Shown here in pieces: positions 35,073 through 44,238 of a stretch of DNA of 55,371 nucleotides. The position numbers were made by a program, and so were the translations under genes. The stretch's first letter is position 1; each line of letters starts with the position of its first letter. Under the pieces are notes generated by a model. It made no database searches. It was not told the DNA's origin and saw only the letters and a program-made list of their open reading frames with translations. Source of the stretch: Patescibacteria group bacterium (GTDB taxonomy: Bacteria; Patescibacteriota; Minisyncoccia; Phycocordibacterales; JBBUBG01); NCBI GenBank assembly GCA_040384765.1, contig JAZKIQ010000001.1:67246-122616 (forward strand), read 5' to 3'.

Positions 35073-37751
35073 TTATTTCGAGAAAACTCGCGTTACCTCG
35101 CCAAATGTACGCGGTTTTTTCTCTAGTCCTTCCCATGCCTCCTGCTTAATATAGAGCATCTGGTATTTGGCGTTCTTTTGATTAGCGTTCACGTCGTCGC
35201 ACCACTGCGCAAGGCGTTTAATCTTCTCAATATCGTCGAGGTCCTCGCGACCTTTGGTCTCTACAATGTAATACTCCTTTGGCGACACCTTCACAATGAA
35301 GTCTGGGTAGTAGTCAGAAATGCTTCCGTCTGCATTGCGATAGTCGACCTTGAAGTGAACGGCGAAATAGTTCTTCGCATACGAAATTATGTCCTCGCAG
35401 TCCTCAAGAAAACTCGCAAACTCGAGCTCAAAGTGACTGTCTCCAATGAGCTTGTTGAAAATGCTCTTTTTCGGAACGATATACCCCTGATCCTTCACAA
35501 CGAATGGCCTGCATTTACTAATCTTGATGTAGTCACGGATCTCAGCCTCTCCTCTGTCGAGAACGGTCAGGGTGTTGATCGCCTTTTTGAAGGTTTCGAT
35601 GATCGTGCGCGAGACCTCAATCTCTGAAAGATTTCGAAGTGAGTTGAGATTGTCGAGGTCTACATGCTCGACAAACAGGCGTTCTTCAATCAGTTCCTTT
35701 ACCTTGCCATAGAGGATGTCGTAGCCGGAGATGAGACGCAACTCATTCATAATCACCTTCGTAAAGTAGCCGATAACGCTCCGGTAATTGGGAATGAAAT
35801 TACTATCAAGCTCCGTTCTATGAGTTATGTCGTCGCTCGTGATATCGCGAAAAACAATCTCTCGCTTCTCTTCATCGGTGAACTGCTTGATCGGAAGCTT
35901 TTTATTTTGAAAAGTTGAGACATCCAGCTCCGAGAGGTTCTTATACTCTCGATAGATACGCGGCGTAAGCACTGGGATCTCAATATCAAGCTTCTCAATA
36001 TCTTTTTTGAGGTTCTCGCGGTCAATCTCCACCACAAGAGGAGCCTTGGGACCGCTTCCTTCTCCCATTTTGCGATACTCAAGATCCACACCTTCGTTTT
36101 TGATCGATTCCACGAAGTCCATAAATGCATCTGTACCAACAACACTGACAAGCTCAGACAGATCAGGATCGCGATACATACGACGAAGACCTCGACCAAG
36201 CGTCTGCTCAGGCAAGATATTACTCTTCGAACTGTATGCACGAAGCCCTACGATGGTCGTCACATTGCGAACATCCCAACCTTCCTTGAGCATAAGTACC
36301 GAAACAATAACCTTGTGCGGACTGTCGAGGCGATCGATGGAATTGGCATCGTGTCGTAGTTTTTTGAGCTCTTCTTCTTTCTTGCCACTCACACTCTCTG
36401 ATATTTCACCGTTGTCTTTCGTGTGAATGACAAGCACTCCGCCTTTCAGATCGGAATAAGTGTTCTCAAGATATTCGGCAACCTCGTCACAGTTTTTTGT
36501 GTCATCGGTCATCACAAAAAGCACAGACTTCTTCCCAAGCTTCATGTGCTCGTCATACACCTTCTTCCATTCAAGGTACCCAAGATGTAGATAGTCTTTG
36601 TATTTCTCGCTGTACTTTGAGGTCTGATGCTCTTGGAGCTTGGCACGACTCGCAGGGTCCGGAAGCACCGGATGCTTCACCACATTCTGATGGATAGCCT
36701 CTACGAGCGGATAGTCGGAGATTGTTTGAACAAAAATTGCACCATTGTTGTGCTTCGGCGTAGCCGTAACATCCACTTGAAGGCTCAAGCGCCCGCCTTT
36801 CATCACAAGACGGTTGTGAATATCCTCTATAGCCTTAAACCATGCGAGGCGAGGATCATGGATGTGGTGCGCTTCGTCATTGAGCACTATGAGCTCGTCT
36901 ATGTTTCGCACGATATCACCAAGATCAATTTTTGATTCATTCGTAGCACCTGATGGCTTGGTTCCAAGGAAATAGTTTGCTGTATCTTCATCTTCGAAGC
37001 TCGCAGATTCGGTTGCACCCTCATAAATGCGATGAATGTTCGTGAGAAAGATGTTCCCCGTTTTTTTGACAGCACCTACTTGGTCTTGGATGTGAAGCGT
37101 CATCTGAAAATCATCCCTCCAGTTTCGCCCCTGATATCCATTATCGGGAAGCACCGGATCTTGGAAGAAAATCTTGAGTCCATCAAAGTCCGTCCGGATA
37201 CGATCAAGCACGATGATGTTTGGTGCGATCACCAGGAAGTTGCGAGCAAGCTCAGAATCTTCCTCGTAGAGCTTGTGAAAATAACTCCATGCAAGAACAA
37301 GAGAAAGAACCTTCGTCTTTCCCGAGCCAGTTGCCATTTTCACCACATATCGCGCCCATGTTTCGTCAAACTGTCCCGTGCGAAGATAACCTGAAGCATC
37401 AAACTTCATGAGATCGTATTTCTCACGTGCCTTGGCCACTTCATAGAGCCATATGATCGTCTCTACGGCTTCGCGCTGGGCAAAGTAGTACTGAAATAAG
37501 AAGAGGCCATCAGGGCTCTCTGTGGGGTGATCTGTGAGGAACCACCATTTAAGAAGTGCTCGACTCGTCTCGCTCACTCCCTCATAGTCATCACTTCGCC
37601 ATTCAGCTACCTTTTTGCGTAGTTCAGCAACAAGAGGAGGCAAGAGCTTCTCGTGCCCCTGATCACGAAGCGCCTCGTCCGCAGGAAACCAGCGTGTGGC
37701 AGGATCGAGTACCGCATAAGGTGATTTCGGAAATTTAGGATGTAAGGCCAT
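35073..37751 (-). CDS. res: type III restriction enzyme Res subunit (SF2 helicase plus C-terminal PD-(D/E)xK nuclease)
   Basis: MATGSGKTKV, LNDEAHHIH, VLMLKEGWDVRNV and QTLGRGLR. C-terminal YYPDFIVKV...YIVETKGRED. Confidence 0.85.
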   Translation of the reverse strand: MALHPKFPKSPYAVLDPATRWFPADEALRDQGHEKLLPPLVAELRKKVAEWRSDDYEGVSETSRALLKWWFLTDHPTESPDGLFLFQYYFAQREAVETIIWLYEVAKAREKYDLMKFDASGYLRTGQFDETWARYVVKMATGSGKTKVLSLVLAWSYFHKLYEEDSELARNFLVIAPNIIVLDRIRTDFDGLKIFFQDPVLPDNGYQGRNWRDDFQMTLHIQDQVGAVKKTGNIFLTNIHRIYEGATESASFEDEDTANYFLGTKPSGATNESKIDLGDIVRNIDELIVLNDEAHHIHDPRLAWFKAIEDIHNRLVMKGGRLSLQVDVTATPKHNNGAIFVQTISDYPLVEAIHQNVVKHPVLPDPASRAKLQEHQTSKYSEKYKDYLHLGYLEWKKVYDEHMKLGKKSVLFVMTDDTKNCDEVAEYLENTYSDLKGGVLVIHTKDNGEISESVSGKKEEELKKLRHDANSIDRLDSPHKVIVSVLMLKEGWDVRNVTTIVGLRAYSSKSNILPEQTLGRGLRRMYRDPDLSELVSVVGTDAFMDFVESIKNEGVDLEYRKMGEGSGPKAPLVVEIDRENLKKDIEKLDIEIPVLTPRIYREYKNLSELDVSTFQNKKLPIKQFTDEEKREIVFRDITSDDITHRTELDSNFIPNYRSVIGYFTKVIMNELRLISGYDILYGKVKELIEERLFVEHVDLDNLNSLRNLSEIEVSRTIIETFKKAINTLTVLDRGEAEIRDYIKISKCRPFVVKDQGYIVPKKSIFNKLIGDSHFELEFASFLEDCEDIISYAKNYFAVHFKVDYRNADGSISDYYPDFIVKVSPKEYYIVETKGREDLDDIEKIKRLAQWCDDVNANQKNAKYQMLYIKQEAWEGLEKKPRTFGEVTRVFSK

Positions 37752-38190
37752 AGGAGGTAGCTAGATCTCTGATAACTCGCTTGATGTGTCGATTAAGGTA
37801 GATGCGATGAGGCCCGTAGTAAAAAGCCGCGTCATCTGCATAATCACAACCCATAGTTATATCTCCCATGCGAATGCCGTTCGGAACATGTCCCACGAAT
37901 CGGTTGAAAACAAAAGAATTAGTATCTATCTTCCTTGTGTTGCTTGAAATATGACACGCGGCATTACGCAACTTTGAAACCAGATCAGTTACATCTTTCA
38001 CTTCATCTTGAGCAATAACGTCGTCAGTAAACTGGATTCTTTTCCCGTTAGTAGCCGCGAGTTGCAAGATATGATTCAGCTTAATCAGAATCTCAATAAA
38101 TGCCGACTCCGCAAACAAAGAGTCGGTCTCGAGTACTCGAGACTCTACGAGCTGATGTATGCGCCTGATGTCCATTGCTTCTGGGATCAT
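37735..38190 (-). CDS. HEPN-motif protein encoded between mod and res
   Basis: The 151-aa ORF carries SKLRNAACH (R-x4-H, RN..xH type) at nt 37951-37968. Its start overlaps the mod stop (ATGA) and its 3' end overlaps the res start by 17 nt. Confidence 0.5.
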   Translation of the reverse strand: MIPEAMDIRRIHQLVESRVLETDSLFAESAFIEILIKLNHILQLAATNGKRIQFTDDVIAQDEVKDVTDLVSKLRNAACHISSNTRKIDTNSFVFNRFVGHVPNGIRMGDITMGCDYADDAAFYYGPHRIYLNRHIKRVIRDLATSYGLTS

Positions 38191-40439
38191 ACTTTTAGCT
38201 CAACTATCTTCATCGTGTCATTTCCGAATATGTCCACAACCTTTACCGCGATTTTTCTTTTACCGCCAGAAAGCTCGCGAGGGGTACTCGTGAGTTCAAG
38301 TGCACGATCCTTTTTGGTACGAAATGACTGCCATTCGTTCTCGAAGATATAGCTTCCGGTCCATGCCTCTTCGAATCCTTCGCCCTCTTTTTTAGGAACA
38401 CGGATAATCTCTTTTTTACTCTCGAAGTTGAAGTCGATAGCCCAGTAGTCGATCCAGTCAGTCCACTTCTTCGTCAACGTCTCGCGGGTCAAAATGCCAT
38501 CCTTATCTTTGGACACTTTGATGATCTGGCCGTTTTCTACGAGAAGCTTTTTGCCACCGTTCTTGAGATTTTCCTCCACCTCTTTGATTGAGTCTTGGTT
38601 GTAGAACACCGAAAAATCAGTGAGCTCGATCGATACAGATCCCTTCTTCACAATCGGCTTCACTTCTATATAGGACACATCATGAAAGACCACCTGATTT
38701 TTCTCGATTGCCCGCTTATCGAAGATGTCACGAGGAATGTATTTGAGGGCAAGATCGATACCCTTGCTCTTTGCCTCTTCCTGAATATTCGGGAAAAGCC
38801 CCATCTCAAACTCGAAAGCCAGTACATCTATCTTGGTAATCTTTTTCTCAAGGCTCTCCTGAATTACTGCTTCAACAAAGAGACGTGATACGGGAAGATT
38901 GATAGGACCAATAGCGATAAGGCGTGAGTTTTTCTTGCCGTGGAATGTCTTGAAGCCATCAAAGGCCTCCGCTTTATAAGCACCAAGGATAAGTGCCACG
39001 AAGTCCTTTTCCTTTTGAGCGATCTGCTGAGCCTTTTCTTCTTCGCGAAGGTTGGGGTTGATGCCAACGTAGTGCTGACGCTCATATTTGCCAAGGTTTA
39101 GTATTTCAAAAGCGCGGAAATCTTTGCCCTCATTTCTAAGTTGGCGCTGCACTCCAATCATACGCTTCCGGGCTGTGTGAACTGAAAACTTTCCTAGATC
39201 CGAACCTATCCATTTACGACCCAGCTTTTCTGCGACAGCAAGAGTGGTGCCTGAACCAGCAAAAAAGTCAGCAATAAGATCGCCTTCATTAGATGAGACC
39301 TTAATAATGCGCTCAAGTAATGATTCTGGTTTCTGCGTCGGGTAATCTAGAAGTTCAACATTTTTCCCCTTAAGAAGGCGGATGTCCGTCCACAAGTTGG
39401 TTACGAGTTGTCCCTCATACTCATCGAGGTATATTTTCTTGTACACTTGCTTGGATTTATCAGTTGGGAAATAAATAAGTCCTTTCTGATCCAACTCCTC
39501 CATTTTCTGCTTTGAGTATCTCCATCCATTTGGAGGGGTCTTATAGCCCTTAAAATCATAAATCAGGTTGGGCCGGTAGGTAGGACTACTGGTGACATTC
39601 AACATATAGCGGCGTCCGTCAGACTCCTGCTTCGTGAACATCTGCTCGATGTAATCAGGATCTGGTGTCATGTAGACGTTATTCCAAATGGGCGACTCGG
39701 ATTTCGCATACAAAAGAATCGTATCCGTATTTACAGACATCTTAGACATTGAACTCAGAGCGGACCCACCTTTTCTTTTCCAAGTGATTTCATTAATGAA
39801 GTTATTTTTCCCGAATAACTCATCCAAAATCATGCGCATGTACGCATTCACTCGCCAGTCACAATGGACATAAATACTTCCATCTTCTGAAAGCAGACTA
39901 TGCATGAGCGAAAGCCTTTCATAGATCATGGCGATAAAGCTGTCCGCTCCCTTGCCCCAAGTATCACGATAAGCGAGCTCTTCAAGCACAGAAGGTTGCT
40001 TGGTAAACTCCTCATCACCAATCTCTATGTTCATCGAAAAATCCGCACCAACATCAAAAGGCGGATCGATATAGATGAGCTTGATACCCCCTTGGGCTTC
40101 GATCTCTTGACGAAGCGGACCATTCTTGAGACTCGAGAGTACCAGTTTGTTGTCTCCCCAAATAAGCTTGTTCGTCCAACCCTGAAGCTGCCGTCCGCGA
40201 GGGTCAACATCGAAAAGAGAATCCTGACGCTTGGCTATTTTGTCATTGCGTGGCTCGTCCACTTGCTCGATCACCTGAAAAGGCAAAACCGTGTTGGTCA
40301 CCTCGTCTGTCTTGCCATTCCATACGAGCTCTACCTCGCGCTTGTCACCAAAAAGAAGAAACCGGTACTTGTCCGGGAGTGCTTTGCCTGCCTCTATGTA
40401 CTGCGCGATGTCGCGCTTTTCATTGTCCGATAGGTACAT
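38187..40439 (-). CDS. mod: type III restriction-modification DNA methyltransferase Mod subunit
   Basis: Motif IV IYIDPPFDVGADF and motif I DFFAGSGTTLAVAEKLGRKWIGSDL, in beta-class order, with a long variable middle region. Length 750 aa. Confidence 0.85.
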   Translation of the reverse strand: MYLSDNEKRDIAQYIEAGKALPDKYRFLLFGDKREVELVWNGKTDEVTNTVLPFQVIEQVDEPRNDKIAKRQDSLFDVDPRGRQLQGWTNKLIWGDNKLVLSSLKNGPLRQEIEAQGGIKLIYIDPPFDVGADFSMNIEIGDEEFTKQPSVLEELAYRDTWGKGADSFIAMIYERLSLMHSLLSEDGSIYVHCDWRVNAYMRMILDELFGKNNFINEITWKRKGGSALSSMSKMSVNTDTILLYAKSESPIWNNVYMTPDPDYIEQMFTKQESDGRRYMLNVTSSPTYRPNLIYDFKGYKTPPNGWRYSKQKMEELDQKGLIYFPTDKSKQVYKKIYLDEYEGQLVTNLWTDIRLLKGKNVELLDYPTQKPESLLERIIKVSSNEGDLIADFFAGSGTTLAVAEKLGRKWIGSDLGKFSVHTARKRMIGVQRQLRNEGKDFRAFEILNLGKYERQHYVGINPNLREEEKAQQIAQKEKDFVALILGAYKAEAFDGFKTFHGKKNSRLIAIGPINLPVSRLFVEAVIQESLEKKITKIDVLAFEFEMGLFPNIQEEAKSKGIDLALKYIPRDIFDKRAIEKNQVVFHDVSYIEVKPIVKKGSVSIELTDFSVFYNQDSIKEVEENLKNGGKKLLVENGQIIKVSKDKDGILTRETLTKKWTDWIDYWAIDFNFESKKEIIRVPKKEGEGFEEAWTGSYIFENEWQSFRTKKDRALELTSTPRELSGGKRKIAVKVVDIFGNDTMKIVELKV

Positions 40440-40490
40440 GATTGAGTAAGGGAGATATCCCTTGACTTATTACAAGTTTAGCGCAAATAA

Positions 40491-40520
40491 GCACAACAAT
40501 AAAGGCCCCTCTGCGGGGCT
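40491..40520 (-). terminator. terminator separating the 40548..41360 gene from the mod operon
   Basis: The minus strand reads GCCCC-GCAGA-GGGGC followed by CTTTATTGTT. Confidence 0.55.
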
Positions 40521-40547
40521 TGAACGCATCAATCTTCGAAAGGAAAC

Positions 40548-41360
40548 CTAATACTTCTCAAACTCGCTTGGGTCGAGCGTACTTGTGGTTGCATCTCCGC
40601 CTGCAACCGGGTTGAGTGTCACCTCAAATGTCCTGTATTTCGTATCTGTCGTCTGGAAATCAAACGTATCATCAAACGCCTCTGCTCTCGCATCTACTAA
40701 AAACTTCTGTTGATCCGCATCCCAGTCTGAGCCAAACATAAAGAGGAGTCGATACACCCCATCGTTGATATCTTCAATCGTAAAATTCGAACCAGAGCGA
40801 ATGTAGACGGAATACACCTTTCTGCCGCCACTTGTGATCAGCTTCACGACGGCGTTTGAGCCGCTCCCGTTTGAAATCGTGAGTGTCCCTGCCCCGCCAA
40901 AAGACGAGGGCGAGGAGAAAAGCACTGTCCCATTTGCGAGTGTTCGAGCCTTCCCTTTCAAAAGGCCACCGACAGGTGCATCTGCCGTTACTGCCGGAGT
41001 GGTAACAGGTGGCGGAAGTGGATTAGGTGAGCTGTGACTAAAACTACCTGCATTCAATACAGCAGTGAGTACAAGCGACCCCACAATAGAGATAATCCAG
41101 CCCCTAGCACTTGTGGGTATGCCAAAACGAGGCATCTGAAACTGCTTTTTCGATGATGAAGAACTGCTATTTGGAGGTGTGTAATAGCTATAGGATGCTT
41201 TCTCCGCCTTCGGAGGAGGATTGGAAGCTTTACTCTCTTGCGGGCGAGAAACGGAAATCCGCTCTGCGAGTGTCCGTTTACACGCTGGACATTGAAAAGC
41301 ATTTCTCTCGACCTGATTCTTGCAAAATGGGCAGTTTTTCACGTGAGATAACTCTACCAT
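40548..41360 (-). CDS. zinc-ribbon membrane protein
   Basis: CPFCKNQVERNAFQCPACKR, a Ser/Pro-rich linker, one TM segment (WIISIVGSLVLTAVL) and a C-terminal beta-rich domain. Confidence 0.55.
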   Translation of the reverse strand: MVELSHVKNCPFCKNQVERNAFQCPACKRTLAERISVSRPQESKASNPPPKAEKASYSYYTPPNSSSSSSKKQFQMPRFGIPTSARGWIISIVGSLVLTAVLNAGSFSHSSPNPLPPPVTTPAVTADAPVGGLLKGKARTLANGTVLFSSPSSFGGAGTLTISNGSGSNAVVKLITSGGRKVYSVYIRSGSNFTIEDINDGVYRLLFMFGSDWDADQQKFLVDARAEAFDDTFDFQTTDTKYRTFEVTLNPVAGGDATTSTLDPSEFEKY

Positions 41361-41401
41361 AGAAGCTTTGCGGGGGTTCGTATGATATGGTGAACGTACG
41401 C

Positions 41402-41548
41402 ATGAAGCACTTCATACGAGAAAACTGGTTCAGAATTCTTCTCCTCATTGGTCTCTTTTGGGTCGCTCTCAGTCTCCACAGGATCGCATTCGGAGACAAG
41501 CCTTTGTCGCCCGCTGAGGCTATTTTAGAGAAGTACGACGTTCGATAG
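41402..41548 (+). CDS. possible 48-aa membrane peptide (below the ORF-track threshold)
   Basis: MKHFIRENWFRILLLIGLFWVALSLHRIAF... It directly precedes two further plus-strand small genes. Confidence 0.25.
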   Translation: MKHFIRENWFRILLLIGLFWVALSLHRIAFGDKPLSPAEAILEKYDVR

Positions 41549-41558
41549 ATACAAAACT

Positions 41559-41759
41559 ATGGAAAAATATCTTAAAGGTGCAGTCTTTTGGGGAGTATTT
41601 CTGGGAGGACTCTATTTCCTTGGACAGCCGTACAGAGAAGATGGCGCTGAAATAGGCGTTGGCTTCCTCTTTTCGCTTGTTGGTCTCTTCGCAATCCTCT
41701 TTTTTCTCGGAAAAAATCTCTACAGCAAGGAAATCGATGAAAAGGAGAGTGGACGATAA
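41559..41759 (+). CDS. small 2-TM membrane protein
   Basis: Two hydrophobic segments: AVFWGVFLGGLYFL and VGFLFSLVGLFAILFFL. Confidence 0.4.
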   Translation: MEKYLKGAVFWGVFLGGLYFLGQPYREDGAEIGVGFLFSLVGLFAILFFLGKNLYSKEIDEKESGR

Positions 41760-41771
41760 GACCCCTATCTA

Positions 41772-42260
41772 ATGAAGAAAGAAGCATTTTGTTGCAAGAG
41801 ATGCGAGGCAGGCGAAACGTGGATGCGGAAACACGGCCGTTCCATGAAAGGCATTAACGAATGGGACGAAGCGTGCAGTATCGTTGAAGAAAGACCCGGT
41901 AAATGCGTCATTAGCGTACCGCGACATGGGGATTTACGTAAAAAGGATGACTATAGCATCGACAAAGGGTTTGGTCTTATTGGCATTATGATGCTACACA
42001 GCATTCAATGTACGGGTGCATATCTGAGTAAAAAGGAACCCGTTATTTGTTTTGAATTCCTCAAAAAAGACGCCAACAAAATTCGAGAGATCGAAGAGAA
42101 ATATTTCTCAGGTAAAATGCAGGTTGATGCGAAGCAAATGTCCATGGCTACAATGACGATAGTAAACCACCTACTCGCCAAAGGTATACTCACATTTTCC
42201 GGCGAAATCTTCAGGACAAAAAAGCATCGGAGAACTAAAGACTCGACGAAAAGACATTAA
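41772..42260 (+). CDS. hypothetical protein (N-terminal CCxxC)
   Basis: The 162-aa ORF starts 12 nt after the preceding gene. I recognise no family. Confidence 0.45.
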   Translation: MKKEAFCCKRCEAGETWMRKHGRSMKGINEWDEACSIVEERPGKCVISVPRHGDLRKKDDYSIDKGFGLIGIMMLHSIQCTGAYLSKKEPVICFEFLKKDANKIREIEEKYFSGKMQVDAKQMSMATMTIVNHLLAKGILTFSGEIFRTKKHRRTKDSTKRH

Positions 42261-42286
42261 AGCCGCGCTTCTTCGAAAATCACAAA

Positions 42287-42472
42287 CTAACCCTTCCTCA
42301 AAGCCATGTACCAGAGAAAAATCAGTACTGGGGGATTAATATATAGATGCTGTTGAAGTTGAGGGTGCATCGCTACACCATCAGCCCAGGACTGAAAGAG
42401 CATAAGGAGATCAAAGACAACAAGTACAGAAAGGAGCACCGCGAGGACGCCATAGAGCCATTTCATACGCAT
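42287..42472 (-). CDS. possible small 2-TM protein
   Basis: WLYGVLAVLLSVLVVFDLLMLF and a second hydrophobic segment. Confidence 0.25.
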   Translation of the reverse strand: MRMKWLYGVLAVLLSVLVVFDLLMLFQSWADGVAMHPQLQQHLYINPPVLIFLWYMALRKG

Positions 42473-42533
42473 ATATTTTATTTGAGTTTACCACGCCTTA
42501 GAGCGATTTCTGAGGCGGTAATAAGTAAAAGCG

Positions 42534-42713
42534 ATGCTCAGCATAGAACAAACGCGGAAGATGCTTCCTGAAGCCACACAGGGCCTCACAGACGCAGAAG
42601 TTATGGAGATTCGAGACCAAACCTACCTCTTGGCAGAACTGGCATTTGATAACTGGATGCTGGAGCGCAAAAAGAAACTCGCGGAAGCCCGCACCAACAA
42701 AAAAGCCCCCTAA
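42534..42713 (+). CDS. possible 59-aa helical protein (below the ORF-track threshold)
   Basis: MLSIEQTRKMLPEATQGLTDAEVMEIRDQTYLLAELAFDNWMLERKKKLAEARTNKKAP. It looks more protein-like than the overlapping 81-aa minus ORF. Confidence 0.3.
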   Translation: MLSIEQTRKMLPEATQGLTDAEVMEIRDQTYLLAELAFDNWMLERKKKLAEARTNKKAP

Positions 42714-42963
42714 GACGGAGGCTTTCTTGTTTACTGCCCACATGAGAGATTATCCCTCCCCTTTCCCTTTGCTCGATACGTTCTTGCCAGGGAGAAAACC
42801 GTAGTCTTTGCCTGTTCTGAGCGGTGGAGGGATCGTTATCTCGAAGTGAAACGGGATAATCTTTGCGCTATTCGTCGTAGAAAAATGTTGTGCTGTTCCC
42901 TCGCTGTGCCGATAGATAATGACATCCCTTGAGATTAGCAGGAAGATATCAAAAGAGCGAAGT

Positions 42964-42992
42964 TTGACACATCTCTATATATGATGTTTTAT
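42964..42992 (+). promoter_or_regulatory. candidate sigma70-type promoter
   Basis: TTGACA, a 17-nt spacer, then TTTTAT, ending 18 nt upstream of the 43010 ATG. Confidence 0.3.
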
Positions 42993-43009
42993 GTCTCGAG
43001 ACCCGAGAA

Positions 43010-43252
43010 ATGTTCCCGAGGAGGACAGTGGATACCACGGAGCCAAAAGTGCGACGCTGGACGGAGGACGAAGACGCCGACGTAATCAACATCAAGCCCG
43101 AGCAGAAGGATGAGCTTGCTCGCAAGCTCGGGAGAACGGAGTTCGCAATCCGCACGAGGCGATCGTTCCTCCTCAAGCAGATGGAGCCGGAGGAGAGGAA
43201 GATGTACGCCTGGCCCCCGGGCCCGCGCGCGCGGAAGAAGCTGCCGAAGTAG
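43010..43252 (+). CDS. small Myb/SANT-like protein (solitary gene rich in G/C-ending codons)
   Basis: VRRWTEDEDADVI...LARKLGRTEFAIRTRRSFL resembles a single Myb/SANT repeat. It has its own terminator. Confidence 0.4.
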   Translation: MFPRRTVDTTEPKVRRWTEDEDADVINIKPEQKDELARKLGRTEFAIRTRRSFLLKQMEPEERKMYAWPPGPRARKKLPK

Positions 43253-43276
43253 GAAAAGAAGTAACCGAGAACTCGA

Positions 43277-43313
43277 GTCCGGATGGCGAATAGCCGTCCG
43301 GACTTCTTTTTTT
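43277..43313 (+). terminator. Rho-independent terminator
   Basis: GTCCGGATGGC-GAATA-GCCGTCCGGAC followed by TTCTTTTTTT. Confidence 0.75.
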
Positions 43314-43421
43314 GCTAGTACGACAAAAGAAGTAAAAAGTTGTAGATCTGTATACAAAAAAAGAGAAACCGCGGCCCGTAGGTCGCGGTTCTCGTCATCG
43401 TACGATGACGATCTTTAGAAA

Positions 43422-43802
43422 TCAGTCGCCCTCGAGCAGCTTCTGCTCGGCTTTGCTGGCGTGTACCGCGAAGCGAGTGTACGCCTTCTCGAAGCGCAGG
43501 CGGTGAACATGGTGTGCGAGCGTAGGCACTCTTTCGAGACGGATGAGGTACACCCGTGGCAGGAGTGCGCTGATACCCCTGAGAGTGACTCGTAAAGCGA
43601 TGCTCCACAGTGCTGCCAGCAGAACACCAAGCACCGCGTTCAGCGCCAGACCCACGATTGCAACGAATGGCACGATGAAGATCGTAACAATCGCCCACGG
43701 ACTCTGACACAGCGCACACATCTCGATCTCAGTCTCCCGCCGGACCAGCTCTTCGAGAGGATACTCTTCTACCTCGGTCGAGGGGGCCGCACCCTGATCC
43801 AT
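43422..43802 (-). CDS. hypothetical membrane protein (rich in G/C-ending codons)
   Basis: The 126-aa ORF has two TM segments: WAIVTIFIVPFVAIVGLAL and LGVLLAALWSIAL. Confidence 0.45.
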   Translation of the reverse strand: MDQGAAPSTEVEEYPLEELVRRETEIEMCALCQSPWAIVTIFIVPFVAIVGLALNAVLGVLLAALWSIALRVTLRGISALLPRVYLIRLERVPTLAHHVHRLRFEKAYTRFAVHASKAEQKLLEGD

Positions 43803-43882
43803 CTATCTATGCCTCCTGTTGCCTACCTATTTCTGGATACTGAAGCCAAAGTGATAATAACACACTATATCCTATTTGTACA

Positions 43883-43913
43883 GAAAAGCGCGACTCCTTG
43901 AGTCGCGCTTTTC
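43883..43913 (-). terminator. terminator after the 43927..44160 gene (symmetric)
   Basis: GAAAAGCGCGACTC-CTTG-AGTCGCGCTTTTC. Confidence 0.7.
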
Positions 43914-43926
43914 CAAGAACACACTT

Positions 43927-44160
43927 TTACTTCATCCCTCCCATCAGCTTCGCTAGCTCGTCTTTGTGCTTTGCTACAACCTCCATCACTGCCGCGGTCT
44001 GATCTTTGCCTCCTTTCATCTTTGCCTGCACCTCTGTCGCAATAGTCTCGAAAAACTTTGGATTTTCCGTGACCATCTTGAGTATCTTTTCTTGCTGCTC
44101 AGGAGGAACCCCTTTCATCTGGTTCTTGAGCATCTGCTTCATGAAAAATTCTTTGATCAT
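43927..44160 (-). CDS. small helical hypothetical protein
   Basis: The 77-aa Lys/Glu-rich ORF is followed by a terminator. Confidence 0.45.
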   Translation of the reverse strand: MIKEFFMKQMLKNQMKGVPPEQQEKILKMVTENPKFFETIATEVQAKMKGGKDQTAAVMEVVAKHKDELAKLMGGMK

Positions 44161-44238
44161 TTTGGAGAAGTTATTAGTTTATAGTTGATAGTTTTTAGTT
44201 CTGAAAGTTCCTACCAACTACAAACTATCAACTAAGCA

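Larger units (their letters stand above)
22513..43802. mobile_element. accessory block made of a recombinase-bearing integrative-element remnant plus a defence island; the right boundary is uncertain
   Basis: Core translation genes stop at ychF and housekeeping genes resume at ppa. Everything between is recombinases, toxin-like genes, restriction genes, nucleases or unknown small genes. The recombinase ORF ends inside ychF. No flanking direct repeat was found. Confidence 0.45.

Noticed and set aside
42498-42743. 81-aa minus-strand ORF.
   Set aside because: Its translation is Cys/Phe-rich and implausible. The opposite-strand 59-aa frame looks more protein-like, although that frame is itself low confidence.
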